DNA of 64,000 nucleotides, from assembly GCA_964106915.2 (NCBI GenBank), contig OZ066919.1; one strand, 5' to 3'. Below are positions 50,901 through 58,265 of the stretch, one piece after another; the first letter of the stretch is position 1; every line of letters begins with the position of its first letter. This DNA is from Podarcis gaigeae. Its lineage: Eukaryota. Below the pieces are notes generated by a model. That model was not told the origin of the DNA. It did not search any database and was given only the letters and a program-made list of their open reading frames with translations. The position numbers were made by a program, and so were the translations under genes.

Positions 50901-53900
50901 TCAGAAAATGTTCCTTGAGAAGCAAGTTGTAATAAGCTGAAAGCACTTGCCTTTTTGCCAGTGAAGCTGTTTTGACATTTTGCATGGGCCACAGGCGATA
51001 CCTAACTTTGCTGAAGGTCAAGTGAGAATGCTGTTTGCCCATACTCAATATGAAAAGGGTATTTTATATTCTTGAATCAATTACAAGGGTTTGGTTTGAT
51101 GGGGTAGTTTAAATTTAGCAGCAAGTGTACTGAAAAAGACTGGTTTCTCTCTGTTCTCTATACCCTATCTGTGGATGTCTGGTAGGTATACAGAAGAGGA
51201 GACTTGCCAGTCTCTTTGATGTTGTAAAAGGACAGACTAGTGTCACTACCTATGAGACTCTTGTTGCTGTATTCGTCTTTTTAAAATATATACTATTAGT
51301 GAACAATTTAAAAAATTAACATTTCTGTTAATAATTTGGATTTCTTACTTTATCAATAAATACCACCTCATTTGCTTGCAGTATCTTACTTACACAGAGA
51401 CTAAGTGACATCAGTAAAACTAAAGCTCAGAAGCCTCTCAAAAAAGAAAAGGAACTAGACTAGACATCAGGAAGTAATAGGAAGGAAACAGTTGACTTGA
51501 GCTAAAATTGAAGTCTGAAATTTCTGACGTTCTTTCCCTCAGCTCCCTGAACCTTTGATTTTGTTTCGGCTTTATAATGAATTCATTGGCCTTGCAAAGG
51601 AGAGCCAAAGTATTAATGAAGAACTGGATATGAAACGGATGAGCCCCAGGTCCAAAAAAAGACAGTCAGTGTGTATTGAACTGAATAGGATCATTCTTAA
51701 AATCAAAGATCTACTGAAACAGCTGCCTGCACCAAACTATAACACACTCCAGTTTCTTTTAGGTCATCTGTACAGGTAAGGGAACTTCAACTCAGCTTGT
51801 ACACATACATTCAGAAATATGCGTTAAGCATGGGTTTATTTGTTAACAATAAAGATCTGTGTATTTCTTGTAGCAAGCAGTATTTTTGTTGTCTTCCTAG
51901 CTGGTGGTATGAACATATTAATATTAATGAGGCTTAATATTTCCTTCTCTCTTTTTCAACTTGTTAACACTAATTGGATGATGATGATGATAGTGAAATT
52001 AATGTGGAGATTTGGGTAGTGTTGGTTTTGTAGTGAATGTACCATGTTGGGTTCGTACCAATGTTCAAAAAGCCTCTCTGGATTTTGTTCTTTTATGCAG
52101 GGTTACTGAGCAATCCGATGAAAATAAAATGTCTGCCAGCAACCTTGGTATTATATTTGGCCCAACTCTGATCAGACCACGTCAGACAGATGCTACCCTT
52201 TCTCTCTCTTCACTTGTGGACTATCCATTTCAGGCCCGGGTAGTTGAGCTCCTCATTACCTACTATGAGAAGATCTTTGATATTTCGCCGCAGCCTTTAT
52301 CACTTGCACCTCGGTTAGAAGACAGTGCTGCTTGCGCTAAAAGTATTTTAACAGCTGAAGATAGAGATCCATATCAGCAACGAAAAACGTCGCCCTGTGC
52401 TGCTGTGAAAGAAGTGAGTGTCTGCTGTGAAACAATAACTTTCATTTACTGCATTGAACTTGTGCTAGTGTATTCAGCCAATTTTTAATATTGCTGTTAT
52501 TGACAGAGCATCCAGTTGGTCCAAAATGAGAGGAAGGATTCAGAGGCTAGTATATCATTTGAAGAACCAGATGGCAGCAAAGACACCCACCAGAATTCTG
52601 ATGCATTAGTGACAGGTTAGTTTTTTGCATTTCTACAGTACAATAGATGGATAGAAAAATAAAGCAGAACTTTTATTCACGTGTTCACTGCATGACATTC
52701 TTCATTAAAGGGACAAGTACAGTGGTACCTCGGGTTACATATGCTTCAGGTTACAGACTCCGCTAACCCAAAAATATTACCTCGGGTTAAGAATTTTGCT
52801 TCAGGATGAGAACAGAAATCATGCTCTGGCAGCGCAGCGGCAGTGGGAGGCCCCATTAGCTAAAGTGGTGCTTCAGGTTAAGAACAGTTTCAGGTTAAGA
52901 ACAGACCCCCGGAACGAATTAAGTATTTAACCCGAGGTACCACTGTATTGACATTTGCTATGGAATCCATAGAGCAGATTGAAAATGCATCGGGCTTATA
53001 GTCACTATCACATTAGGCTTTCCTGTTGAGATTTAACTGTTTATGTTGTTGGCTGTGTTCATATTTCCTAGAATGGAACTCCAAACTTGGAACTAAACAG
53101 AGTCTTGGCAGAAGGAATTCTCCTTCAGAACCCTCTCCTGTCTCAGTTTTAGAAAACCACATTGCACCAGCAAAAGATCCAGGTCAGTTTCCTGAATTGC
53201 AAGTATTCATACAGCTATCTTGCTATCCTTCAGGTTCCTGAATGTTCAGGTACAAAATAAACCTTTCGTTATTATGACTTCTGTTGGTGCAATGAAAAGA
53301 AGCCTATTCTTAGTTGACAGCTTACTGTCTCAGCACATCGCGTGTGTTTAAAAAGCACATTCTTATGAAGCCTTTTCAAGGGGTGGTTATGCTGCTTTTG
53401 AGTTATTGGCCATGATTGGACAGTCAGGTCTCAGTTCAATAAGTGGAGATGTGAACGAGCTTCATCTGTCTACATGCAGCTGTTTTACTCAACCCTTTAC
53501 AAGAAAAGGGAAACAAGACAGGAAACTGCTGTTAGCCATAGCTTCCCATTACATCCTAACAGCAAGCAAGCCTGAAAATGAAGCCATGGGTTAAAGTTGG
53601 CTTCCATATCCTGATTCGTTTAGACAACATTAATCATAATTGACAGTTCAAACATAACAGGAAACTGTTTTTCAGTGAAAAAATGCCTTGAGTTCCCTCA
53701 AGTAACAGAAACCTAAAGCTAATTTGCTTTGTTTAAGTAGATAAAATATATGTAATTAAGAACTGTGCAAGACAAAGGCATATATAGGCCTATGAATAAG
53801 AGCATGGGTAGGCAAACTAAGGCCCGGGGGCCAGATGTGGCCCAACTGCCTTCTATATCCGGCCCGCGGATGGTCCGGGAATCAGCGTGTTTTTACATGA

Positions 53901-56319
53901 GTAGAATGTGTGCTTTTATTTAAAACGCATCTCTGGGTTATTTGTGGGGCATAGGAATTCGTTCATATTTTTTTCCAAAATTTAGTCCGCCCCCCCCCCC
54001 CCAAGGTCTGAGGGACAGTGGACCGGCCCCCTGCTGAAAAAGTTTGCTAATCCCTGAGTAAGAGTATAGTAAGAGACCTGTTGGTTCAGACCAAAGACCC
54101 ATCTAATCTAGCATTCTTTTCTCAAAGTGGTTGACCAGATGTTGATGGGAAGCCTGCAAGCAGGCCATGAGTGCAATAGCACTCCTTCTTCTTGTGATTC
54201 CCAGCAACTGGTGTTCATAAGCATAGTACAAATGGTGTTTAGAAACACACTGGAGGTCGCGGTTAGCTATGACATACATGCCTAGTAGCCATTGTCAGCC
54301 TTATCCCCCCCCCCAATGAATTTGTCTAAAGCCCTTTTTGAAACAATTCAAGTTCGTAGCCTACTTGTGGTAGAAAATTCCATTCTTTAAGTATGCACTG
54401 TGTGAAGAAGTACTTCCTTTTTTGTCTCATTAATCTTCTAACATTCAGCTTCATTGGATGTCCCTGGGTTCTAATATTGGGAGAGAAGGAGGAAAACTCC
54501 CCACCCACTTCATAACTTTACATAAATAGATGTTTATCAAATACTAATTTTCTTTCATTATACTAATGATACCCCTAATGCAAATAATTTTGTGAGTGAG
54601 GGATAACAACCATTTTTTCACTCTGTTTGAAAGAGAATAATATGGAGAGGGATAAAAATCCAAAGCAGCTGTTTAAAGCAGTATATTTATACTTGTTGGC
54701 CCGATATATTAGCTTTTTCCTGAGGTCTGTAAAAAGGCTTCCTTCCTTCCTTTCCCAGAAAGAGACCTTTGATTCCTCCTAGGCTGATTTATCCTAACTA
54801 TTGGGTTGTTCTTGTGAAAAAGTTGATAGAAATAGGACTAAGATCTCTTTTTGATTCATATCCAGAACTCTTTAAATGGAAGCTTCCTCCATGGCTTATA
54901 TAGTACTATAATCCTAAATTGTAGGTATGGATACAGGTACAAATCAGGGTGATTGGGTGCTGCAGTCTTTAATGCAAACTGTTCTACTTAAACTGACTCT
55001 GCAAGTCCTTAGTCTGCCTTATGGAGTAGGAAGATGAAAAGTCTCTTTGTGGCTTGCAGGTGTCAAATCCTTTGAAACAGTATGTCTGGCACTTTTTATT
55101 TTATCTATAAAAATATTTAAATACTGCTGTATGATAAAAATATATAACAGCCATTTGCAACAATATTGAAACATAAAATCAAACAATAAAATCATAAAAA
55201 GTTAAAAACAAAAAGAAATTAAAAGCAAACTTTAAAAATAGCCTGGAATTAATATGGTCTTGAATATAATGGCAATATTGGTGTTCTCTGCTTGTTCTCT
55301 GAGAGGTGTGATCTTCTAAAATATACTTAGTTGCATTTAGAGACCAGTTTGATTTCTGGCTAATGTTATTCAAAGTTAATGCTTTCTGATGGCAAACTGA
55401 CAGTCAAAATAAATGTTTTTCTTCCTTAGGCAATGCTGTGGCTGCAGTTTCAGATCCAGATAATGAGCAATCTCCCCCTCAAGTTGAAGATGGTGTTAAA
55501 GCCAGTCACCTTTTAAGACCGAATCGTCAAATAACCAAAGTTCAGTTACGCACTCATAGGATAAAGCCAGTTGTTCGTCCTGTGAGTTTACCTCTAGGTC
55601 AAATGCTTCCTCCCTGTGTTTTGAATGAGAGAAACTCACGAAATGCAGGTCTAAGTACAGAAAATATTGGCAGAAGTCCTGTAATTGAAGAAGTTTCCGA
55701 GACGCAGCCACTTCCAGCTGTAAATGCCGGCTGTAGGCTTTCTTGCTTTGACCCACAGACTCTGAAGAAAACTTGGGACAAGCAATATAAGCAGTATGAT
55801 ATGACTGCAAGGACAGCAATGATTGTGACTAACATACCCCAGGAGAACCGAACACATGACTCTGTAAACTCAAGTGCCTTAACTACACATAGCAACCTTG
55901 CTAGCAACTCAGTAAATGCCATACTTCCCAATAAGCCATATACGGTACCTGTCAGGGCTGCAAGGGCAACAGCAGAAGGGCATTCCTCAGACTCTAATAC
56001 GCTTGCTGCTTTCAGAACACCGAGAACTTTGCAACCACCACCAGGGACATTCTATAAGCCACCACCCATCAGTAAGGCCAAACAGAGCGATGAGAGCTTG
56101 GCACCCAAACCATGTGCAGCAGTCGTCAGAGATGAGACTTCACAGCTAGTTGTGAACCCTGGGCTTGTCCAAGGCTCCTTGGGCTCCTCTGGCCAACATG
56201 CAAAGCAACAAAAACCCACTTCTGAAGCTCTTTCCCCTACAGACCTGAAGCCCACCTACCAGAGATTAAGGCCAAAGAGGATGCAAGAACTAGAACACAG
56301 GGAAGCTCACTTTGTATAG
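2236..56319 (+). CDS. ARHGAP29: Rho GTPase-activating protein 29 (PARG1), spliced gene model of 23 coding exons, ~1363 aa
   Basis: Manually joined exons all have GT-AG boundaries and consistent phases; total 4092 nt including stop. Translation gives an N-terminal helical region, F-BAR, C1 zinc finger, RhoGAP (GIYRVNG arginine finger; NKMSASNLGIIFGPTL) and a C-terminus ending EAHFV*. The N- and C-terminal parts (LVNDVRKF..LLYLKEAI, RPVSLP, PRTLQP, -FV) match recalled ARHGAP29 rather than ARHGAP45/GMIP. Confidence 0.93.
5577..5668 (-). mobile_element. Penelope-like element terminal (pseudo-LTR) fragment
   Basis: AGTAGCACCTTAAAGACCAAC...GAGCTTTCGTG...CACTTCTTCAGATAC resembles recalled reptile Penelope termini; flanked by CAGTTTAT direct repeats (5569-5576, 5669-5676). 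Confidence 0.7.
5630..5667 (-). ncRNA. Minimal type I hammerhead ribozyme motif
   Basis: Minus strand reads GUAU-CUGAAGA-A-GUGUG(CAUG)CACAC-GAAA-GC-UC^-AUAC: CUGANGA and GAAA core, stem I 4 bp, stem II 5 bp, palindromic AGCU in place of stem III. Confidence 0.72.
6330..6700. repeat. Degraded interspersed repeat rich in AAACCATGGTTT-like palindromes (related copies ~35030-35220, 41100-41390, 53500-53680)
   Basis: Recurrent aaaccatggttt/aaccatagtt motifs at four loci; family not identified. Confidence 0.45.
6777..6957 (+). mobile_element. tRNA-derived squamate SINE (Squam3-like), diverged
   Basis: A-box TGGCTCAGTG, B-box GGTTCAATC, body GCATCTGCTTTGCATGCAGAAGG...GGCAGTCAG... Confidence 0.7.
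7876..8226 (+). mobile_element. Sauria SINE, full length
   Basis: tRNA-like head GGGATGCGGGTGGCGCTGTGG...GGTTCGAATCC, (ACCTTT)n tail, 14-bp TSD CTAGGAGTGGATAA (7862-7875, 8227-8240). Confidence 0.93.
9822..9975. mobile_element. GC/CpG-rich inserted repeat fragment (probable non-autonomous DNA transposon piece)
   Basis: Abrupt GC-rich island flanked by TATAGGAACATCC (9799-9811, 9976-9988). Confidence 0.6.
12602..12637. repeat. (CA)n/(TG)n inverted microsatellite
   Basis: acacacacacac-c-tgtgtgtgtctgtgtgtgtgtg. Confidence 0.8.
14840..15500 (+). mobile_element. L2-clade LINE 3' relic, interrupted by younger insertions
   Basis: Degenerate KALNNLGPGYLKDCL and FS..AP..WNSLP motifs typical of L2 ORF2 C-terminus. 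Confidence 0.6.
14924..15052. mobile_element. Palindromic hAT (Charlie-like) MITE
   Basis: TIRs CAGGCTTCCTCAAACT / AGTTTGAGGAAACCTG; 8-bp TSD GTCTAAAC/GCCTAAAC; whole element is a near hairpin. Confidence 0.85.
15802..16013. mobile_element. Tc1/mariner (Tigger/pogo-like) MITE, copy 1
   Basis: TA TSDs (15800-15801, 16014-16015); right TIR AACCCGAGGTACCACTG; left TIR internally deleted; same family as 52720-52945. Confidence 0.87.
17216..17570 (-). mobile_element. Sauria SINE, full length
   Basis: Reverse complement of the 7876 copy; TSD TTTGTGCAGGTA (17208-17219, 17573-17584) overlapping the tail. Confidence 0.93.
18050..19045 (+). mobile_element. RTE-clade LINE relic, internally deleted
   Basis: Frameshifted RT motifs KAPG.D.IP, VPQDM.DS.IVTL.K, GISLLSTVGK, QLQEKC, AFIDL.KAFD, then WLGHV.R...RIPRDVLY.EL and C-terminal CPRC...HSRRC. 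Confidence 0.85.
20457..20796. mobile_element. Tc1/mariner (Tc2/pogo-like) non-autonomous element
   Basis: ~20-bp imperfect TIRs CCATATTTTCCCGTGTATAA / TTATACACAGAAAAGTATGG, TA TSDs, internal TGTATAAGAC sub-repeats. Confidence 0.8.
21197..21225. repeat. (GT)n microsatellite
   Basis: ~14 perfect GT units. Confidence 0.95.
22638..22804 (-). mobile_element. LINE (L2-like) 3' end fragment with (TAA/TTA)n tail
   Basis: Simple-repeat tail followed by ATACCCCACCCATCTGGCTGGGTTTTCCCAGCCACT...AAACATTAAAAACTTCCCTAAACAG. Confidence 0.6.
23190..23330 (-). mobile_element. CR1-type 3' tail fragment
   Basis: Similar to 54065-54230; related + strand pieces at ~15680-15745 and ~63785-63870. Confidence 0.6.
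23922..23957. repeat. (TA)n(GA)n compound microsatellite
   Basis: Seen directly. Confidence 0.95.
24270..24880 (+). mobile_element. L2-clade LINE 3' relic
   Basis: Degenerate LPLRLVWKLQL.QN, IT.VLKELH.L, YLKE.LSP, SVVAP.LWN motifs and T-rich tail. Confidence 0.7.
25127..25270 (+). CDS. ARHGAP29: ARHGAP29 coding exon 2 (EKQDCLHHVVHERLGELLRVLKAIISKH...IAKVK)
   Basis: ttttcag acceptor, AAG|GTAAGG donor, 144 nt, phase 1-1. Confidence 0.93.
25763..25938. mobile_element. Tc1/mariner-type MITE, family not recognised
   Basis: 15-bp TIRs CAGGTAGCGACCATT / AATGGTCGCCACCTG (1 mismatch) flanked by TA on both sides. Confidence 0.75.
26301..26430. mobile_element. Palindromic hAT MITE, degraded (related to 14924; further copies ~28160-28290, 62325-62460)
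   Basis: CAGGGTTTCCCAAACT after GTCTAGAC; internal ggactacaact / aattgttgtcc arms. Confidence 0.6.
27373..27708 (-). mobile_element. Sauria SINE with ~19-nt internal deletion
   Basis: Same family as 17216 copy; TSD AATATATGCAATAG (27361-27374, 27711-27724). Confidence 0.92.
28362..28724 (-). mobile_element. Sauria SINE, distinct CpG-rich subfamily
   Basis: Same architecture but different 3' half; 15-bp TSD AACACAAAGAAATAA (28347-28361, 28725-28739). Confidence 0.92.
29529..30200 (+). mobile_element. Squam3-like SINE split by a DNA-transposon insertion (~29666-30154)
   Basis: SINE 5' part ends TACTGAGTTAG, resumes GTTAGGTTGACCAATGGTCTGATTCAG; the insert ends TGGCAACCCTA (Blackjack-like hAT terminus). 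Confidence 0.6.
34413..34509 (+). CDS. ARHGAP29: ARHGAP29 coding exon 3 (AVNFKEVNEENK...TLAFTFGNI)
   Basis: cttccttag acceptor, AT|GTGAGT donor, 97 nt, phase 1-2. Confidence 0.93.
35509..35581 (+). CDS. ARHGAP29: ARHGAP29 coding exon 4 (VSDFLMGDVDNSSTLGLPVSRQSQ)
   Basis: ggcag acceptor, CAG|GTAGGG donor, 73 nt, phase 2-0. Confidence 0.9.
35689..35713. repeat. (GTT)n microsatellite
   Basis: Seen directly. Confidence 0.9.
36215..36440 (+). mobile_element. L2-clade LINE relic
   Basis: LVTSRLDYYN.GLPL, LVQN, HITPVL..LH.LP motifs. Confidence 0.7.
38124..38190 (+). CDS. ARHGAP29: ARHGAP29 coding exon 5 (SFENLSVDSGGSLHEKDDVQGT)
   Basis: tgctag acceptor, CAG|GTAAGC donor, 67 nt, phase 0-1. Confidence 0.88.
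38651..38788 (+). CDS. ARHGAP29: ARHGAP29 coding exon 6, start of F-BAR (ALSYAKAWSKYTKDIVAWVEKKLNL)
   Basis: ttttcag acceptor, G|GTGAGT donor, 138 nt. Confidence 0.94.
39053..39117 (+). CDS. ARHGAP29: ARHGAP29 coding exon 7 (EMECAKSLAKMAETTKAIVGPQ)
   Basis: ccctacag acceptor, CAG|GTGAGT donor, 65 nt. Confidence 0.92.
39528..39638 (+). CDS. ARHGAP29: ARHGAP29 coding exon 8 (DYMPFQSIF...LQTNKFVQ)
   Basis: cttacag acceptor, CAG|GTAAAA donor, 111 nt. Confidence 0.93.
39745..39825 (+). CDS. ARHGAP29: ARHGAP29 coding exon 9 (PLLGRKSELDKQRKEIKELWQREQKKM)
   Basis: catgtag acceptor, ATG|GTTGGT donor, 81 nt. Confidence 0.93.
40373..40558 (+). CDS. ARHGAP29: ARHGAP29 coding exon 10 (QELESTVKKAK...LEEEALLK)
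   Basis: Tandem NAG acceptor (start 40373 or 40376), AAG|GTAAGA donor, 186 nt. Confidence 0.9.
40765..40902 (+). CDS. ARHGAP29: ARHGAP29 coding exon 11 (AEEANEHFK...QCDLTLKA)
   Basis: ttgtag acceptor, GCT|GTAAGA donor, 138 nt. Confidence 0.93.
43182..43372 (+). CDS. ARHGAP29: ARHGAP29 coding exon 12, end of F-BAR (ATVNLFQMQH...SAKLYDPGQKFSEFVK...)
   Basis: acccag acceptor, GG|GTGAGA donor, 191 nt, phase 0-2. Confidence 0.92.
45123..45286 (+). CDS. ARHGAP29: ARHGAP29 coding exon 13 (VFSKRSNN...SSSTTDVS)
   Basis: ctccccag acceptor, G|GTAATA donor, 164 nt, phase 2-1. Confidence 0.88.
45658..45786 (+). CDS. ARHGAP29: ARHGAP29 coding exon 14 (AVRGPPPFRSWS...SDSESAGGSSESRSVDSPSASP)
   Basis: cttacag acceptor, CAG|GTACAG donor, 129 nt. 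Confidence 0.92.
46040..47710 (+). mobile_element. L2-clade LINE relic (endonuclease and RT pieces, tail)
   Basis: GGVAIIHR, GD.NIH, H.AGH.L (APE); FQSGFRPGH.TE, LLDLSVAFDT (RT); multiple stops and deletions. Confidence 0.8.
47776..47874 (+). CDS. ARHGAP29: ARHGAP29 coding exon 15 (GDFKRRLPRTPSTGTMSSADDLDEREPPSPSDS)
   Basis: ttcattag acceptor, G|GTAATG donor, 99 nt. Confidence 0.94.
48746..48909 (+). CDS. ARHGAP29: ARHGAP29 coding exon 16, first half of C1 domain (THKLRKLRAPSKCREC...ECEE)
   Basis: Acceptor ctaag (in-frame alternative at 48760), GAG|GTAAGA donor, 164 nt. Confidence 0.88.
49667..49855 (+). CDS. ARHGAP29: ARHGAP29 coding exon 17, C1 end and RhoGAP start (CSLACHKKCLETLAIQC...LFGVEF...EIESRALNVK)
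   Basis: ctctag acceptor, AAG|GTAAAT donor, 189 nt; all 8 C1 Zn ligands present across exons 16-17. Confidence 0.95.
49953..50090 (+). CDS. ARHGAP29: ARHGAP29 coding exon 18, RhoGAP arginine finger (GIYRVNG...VLKLYLRQ)
   Basis: Catalytic Arg codon CGT 49962-49964; CAG|GTAAAT donor, 138 nt. Confidence 0.95.
51543..51775 (+). CDS. ARHGAP29: ARHGAP29 coding exon 19, RhoGAP (LPEPLILFRLY...LLGHLYR)
   Basis: ccctcag acceptor, AG|GTAAGG donor, 233 nt. Confidence 0.95.
52101..52413 (+). CDS. ARHGAP29: ARHGAP29 coding exon 20, RhoGAP end (VTEQSDENKMSASNLGIIFGPTLIRP...AAVKE)
   Basis: atgcag acceptor, GAA|GTGAGT donor, 313 nt. Confidence 0.95.
52507..52615 (+). CDS. ARHGAP29: ARHGAP29 coding exon 21 (SIQLVQNE...SFEEPDG...DALVT)
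   Basis: ttgacag acceptor, CAG|GTTAGT donor, 109 nt, phase 0-1. Confidence 0.87.
52720..52945. mobile_element. Tc1/mariner (Tigger/pogo-like) MITE, copy 2
   Basis: Perfect TIRs CAGTGGTACCTCGGGTTA / TAACCCGAGGTACCACTG, TA TSDs. Confidence 0.92.
53072..53182 (+). CDS. ARHGAP29: Candidate ARHGAP29 cassette exon 22 (EWNSKLGTKQSLGRRNSPSEPSPVSVLENHIAPAKDP)
   Basis: tttcctag acceptor, CAG|GTCAGT donor, 111 nt, phase 1-1, open in the required frame. Confidence 0.7.
53803..54056. mobile_element. hAT-Charlie non-autonomous element (OC1/nhAT1-like)
   Basis: TIRs CATGGGTAGGCAAACT / AGTTTGCTAATCCCTG; 8-bp TSD AATAAGAG/AGTAAGAG. Confidence 0.85.
54065..54510 (-). mobile_element. CR1 LINE 3' end
   Basis: Minus-strand RTQGHPMKL...RKYFFTQ...WNFLPQ, the typical CR1 ORF2 C-terminus, plus 3'UTR. 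Confidence 0.85.
55430..56319 (+). CDS. ARHGAP29: ARHGAP29 last coding exon (GNAVAAVSDP...RPVSLP...ELEHREAHFV*)
   Basis: cttccttag acceptor, 890 nt to TAG; matches the 293-aa ORF in the track. Confidence 0.93.
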
Positions 56320-57450
56320 GGTAACAACTGCTATACAACCTTTCAATGGGGAACTTTTTTTTTGGTAGAGGATTTCATCTTTGTGCCATATATTGGAATT
56401 ATTTTTATATATGCCTGTATAGACTTTTAAAAATATGGGATGTGTTTAAAAAAGAAAAGGAAAAAAGCTGTGAAGAACCATGAAGTTATTTTTTTCATTC
56501 ATTAGAGTTTTCTCGGAGAGTATTTAAATGCATTCCAAATATAGAAAAAGTTAATAAGGAGGCACATTCAAAAGCCCTATAATCAAATTTCATGTGTAGA
56601 ATTGTACTATTGCTTGTGAAAGGCAATTTATTATGCATGGGTGCAGCAATGAAAGTAGCCACTTTCTCAGAGTAAATGATTTGTCAAGACTGCAGGGTAT
56701 ATGAAATACAGCTACTTTAATTTAAGAATAAACCAAAGCTTGAAGCAGTGCTCTAAGTGTCTGTAATCAGTTCCCTCCCCCTGACTCTGTGCAATGAAAT
56801 GCGCCTGAATAGATTATGTACTGGCCAGCATGGCCTTTGTATATTGTGTGTGAATATACATATATAGTTTTATATACCAATTAATTTTTTTTTTTACTAT
56901 CTATGTTGTTGCTTAAAAGTTGTTTGTACAGGAAAGATGCATTATTAAGCTTTACTATAAAGATATTTAAAAAGTGTTCTCATCCAGTTTCCAAGTGGTT
57001 TAAATGCACAAAACCTAGCTGGCTTATTGCCTTTCAGTTGAAAATAATGTGGAAGTTCCTTGTTACTAATAAGCTATCATTTCCCCCTCACTGTAGAAAG
57101 CTCCTTTTATTGCTTGGTATAGATGAAGAATATAGGTCTGAGATTTAGTGAAATAGATAAAAATAACCAAAAAGCCAGCATTTAGTAAGTGCATTGAATG
57201 GTTTTTCACTCTGTATTAAAAATTGTTTTTATATGTACACTGTTGCTTTAAAAAATATACATTAACATGTTAATGTTTCACTGACTCCATGTATTCTATT
57301 ATGCTTCATCTTACTGTATATAGAGCCATTTACATGTTAATATAATATACCATGTATCAATATATACACTCAAGTTTCTTTAAAGTTATTCTGTACAGAT
57401 GGGTTTGTATTTCTGTTGCACATTAAAATGCTGGTAATGTTATGAGTAAA
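56320..57450 (+). other. ARHGAP29: ARHGAP29 3'UTR (end approximate)
   Basis: AT-rich, no recognisable repeats; candidate poly(A) signals AATAAA 56727-56732, ATTAAA 57215-57220 and ATTAAA 57422-57427, the last preceded by several TGTA elements. Confidence 0.55.
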
Positions 57451-58019
57451 TCTTAAAAGACAACAGTAAATGGTGGGGGTAACTTTCTTTTAACAAATCT
57501 GCTTTTAGACAGATGTTTCAAAATGAAAAGGGGTGGATGTCAATACTAAATTAATGGTGTATAAAACCTTTATTTCAGGGGTGGGGAACCCCCAACCCAT
57601 AGGCTGGAGAGAAGCTCAGCAAGATTTTATCCAGCCTCTGGGGGCCCTCCCAACCATCAAGTCTTCAGTACGGCCAGAGGGAGAGCATCATTTATGATGC
57701 TGGCAAACAGCCTGTCTGTGGTAGGCTGCAGGTTTTCCTGACATACTGATGAAAAACAGTATTCTTCTGGAGGAAAGGGGTTATTGATATGATGTAATGG
57801 CCTGATTATGCTTGTGGAGATTGCTGCAGTAGTTCATTGTAGCATGTATGTTGTTTCCTTCTGTGCTGATACATTTGGTATAATTTGTTTCTGCATACCT
57901 GCGTTTAAGAAGTTGGTACTCTCAAGACAGATGTGGCCATACACATTGTCCCGCTTTAGCCCTAAACTGCTTATCACTTCTGAAGTAGGCAGAAGGTAGT
58001 GGCCAAGCAGGATGTGGCT

Positions 58020-58265
58020 TCCATGAGTTATTTTATTGGAGTTATTTGTTTTCCGCCATTTGCAAAATAGTTCCAAGGTGGCTTGGAACATTAAAAATAC
58101 AAAACAATAAAAAGCAGGAGATAAAATGCAAATGCCTTCTAAAAGCCATCTGAAAACAGAAGGACTTCCTGAATGATAAGGATATTGGGTGGTAATGTCT
58201 GTGAAGTGTCAATAATTTGGGTGTTGCTGTTGAAAAACTCTTTCTTTGGTAGCCACCTACTACCA
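58020..58265 (-). mobile_element. L2-like LINE 3' relic
   Basis: Antisense tail ttatttg...ccgccatt...caaggtggctt and FST..P motif on minus strand; similar relic ~62995-63290. Confidence 0.45.

Noticed and set aside
55496-56255. Several antisense and alternate-frame ORFs over the last exon
   Set aside because: Shadow ORFs of the real coding exon; no independent start context or splice support
56317-56325. Stop-codon readthrough
   Set aside because: TAG-GGT is not a known leaky context, and extension would mask the PDZ ligand
57741-57762. CTGATGA followed by A-run (hammerhead-like)
   Set aside because: No stem II or GAAA/UH arrangement; just a short hairpin ATACTG/CAGTAT
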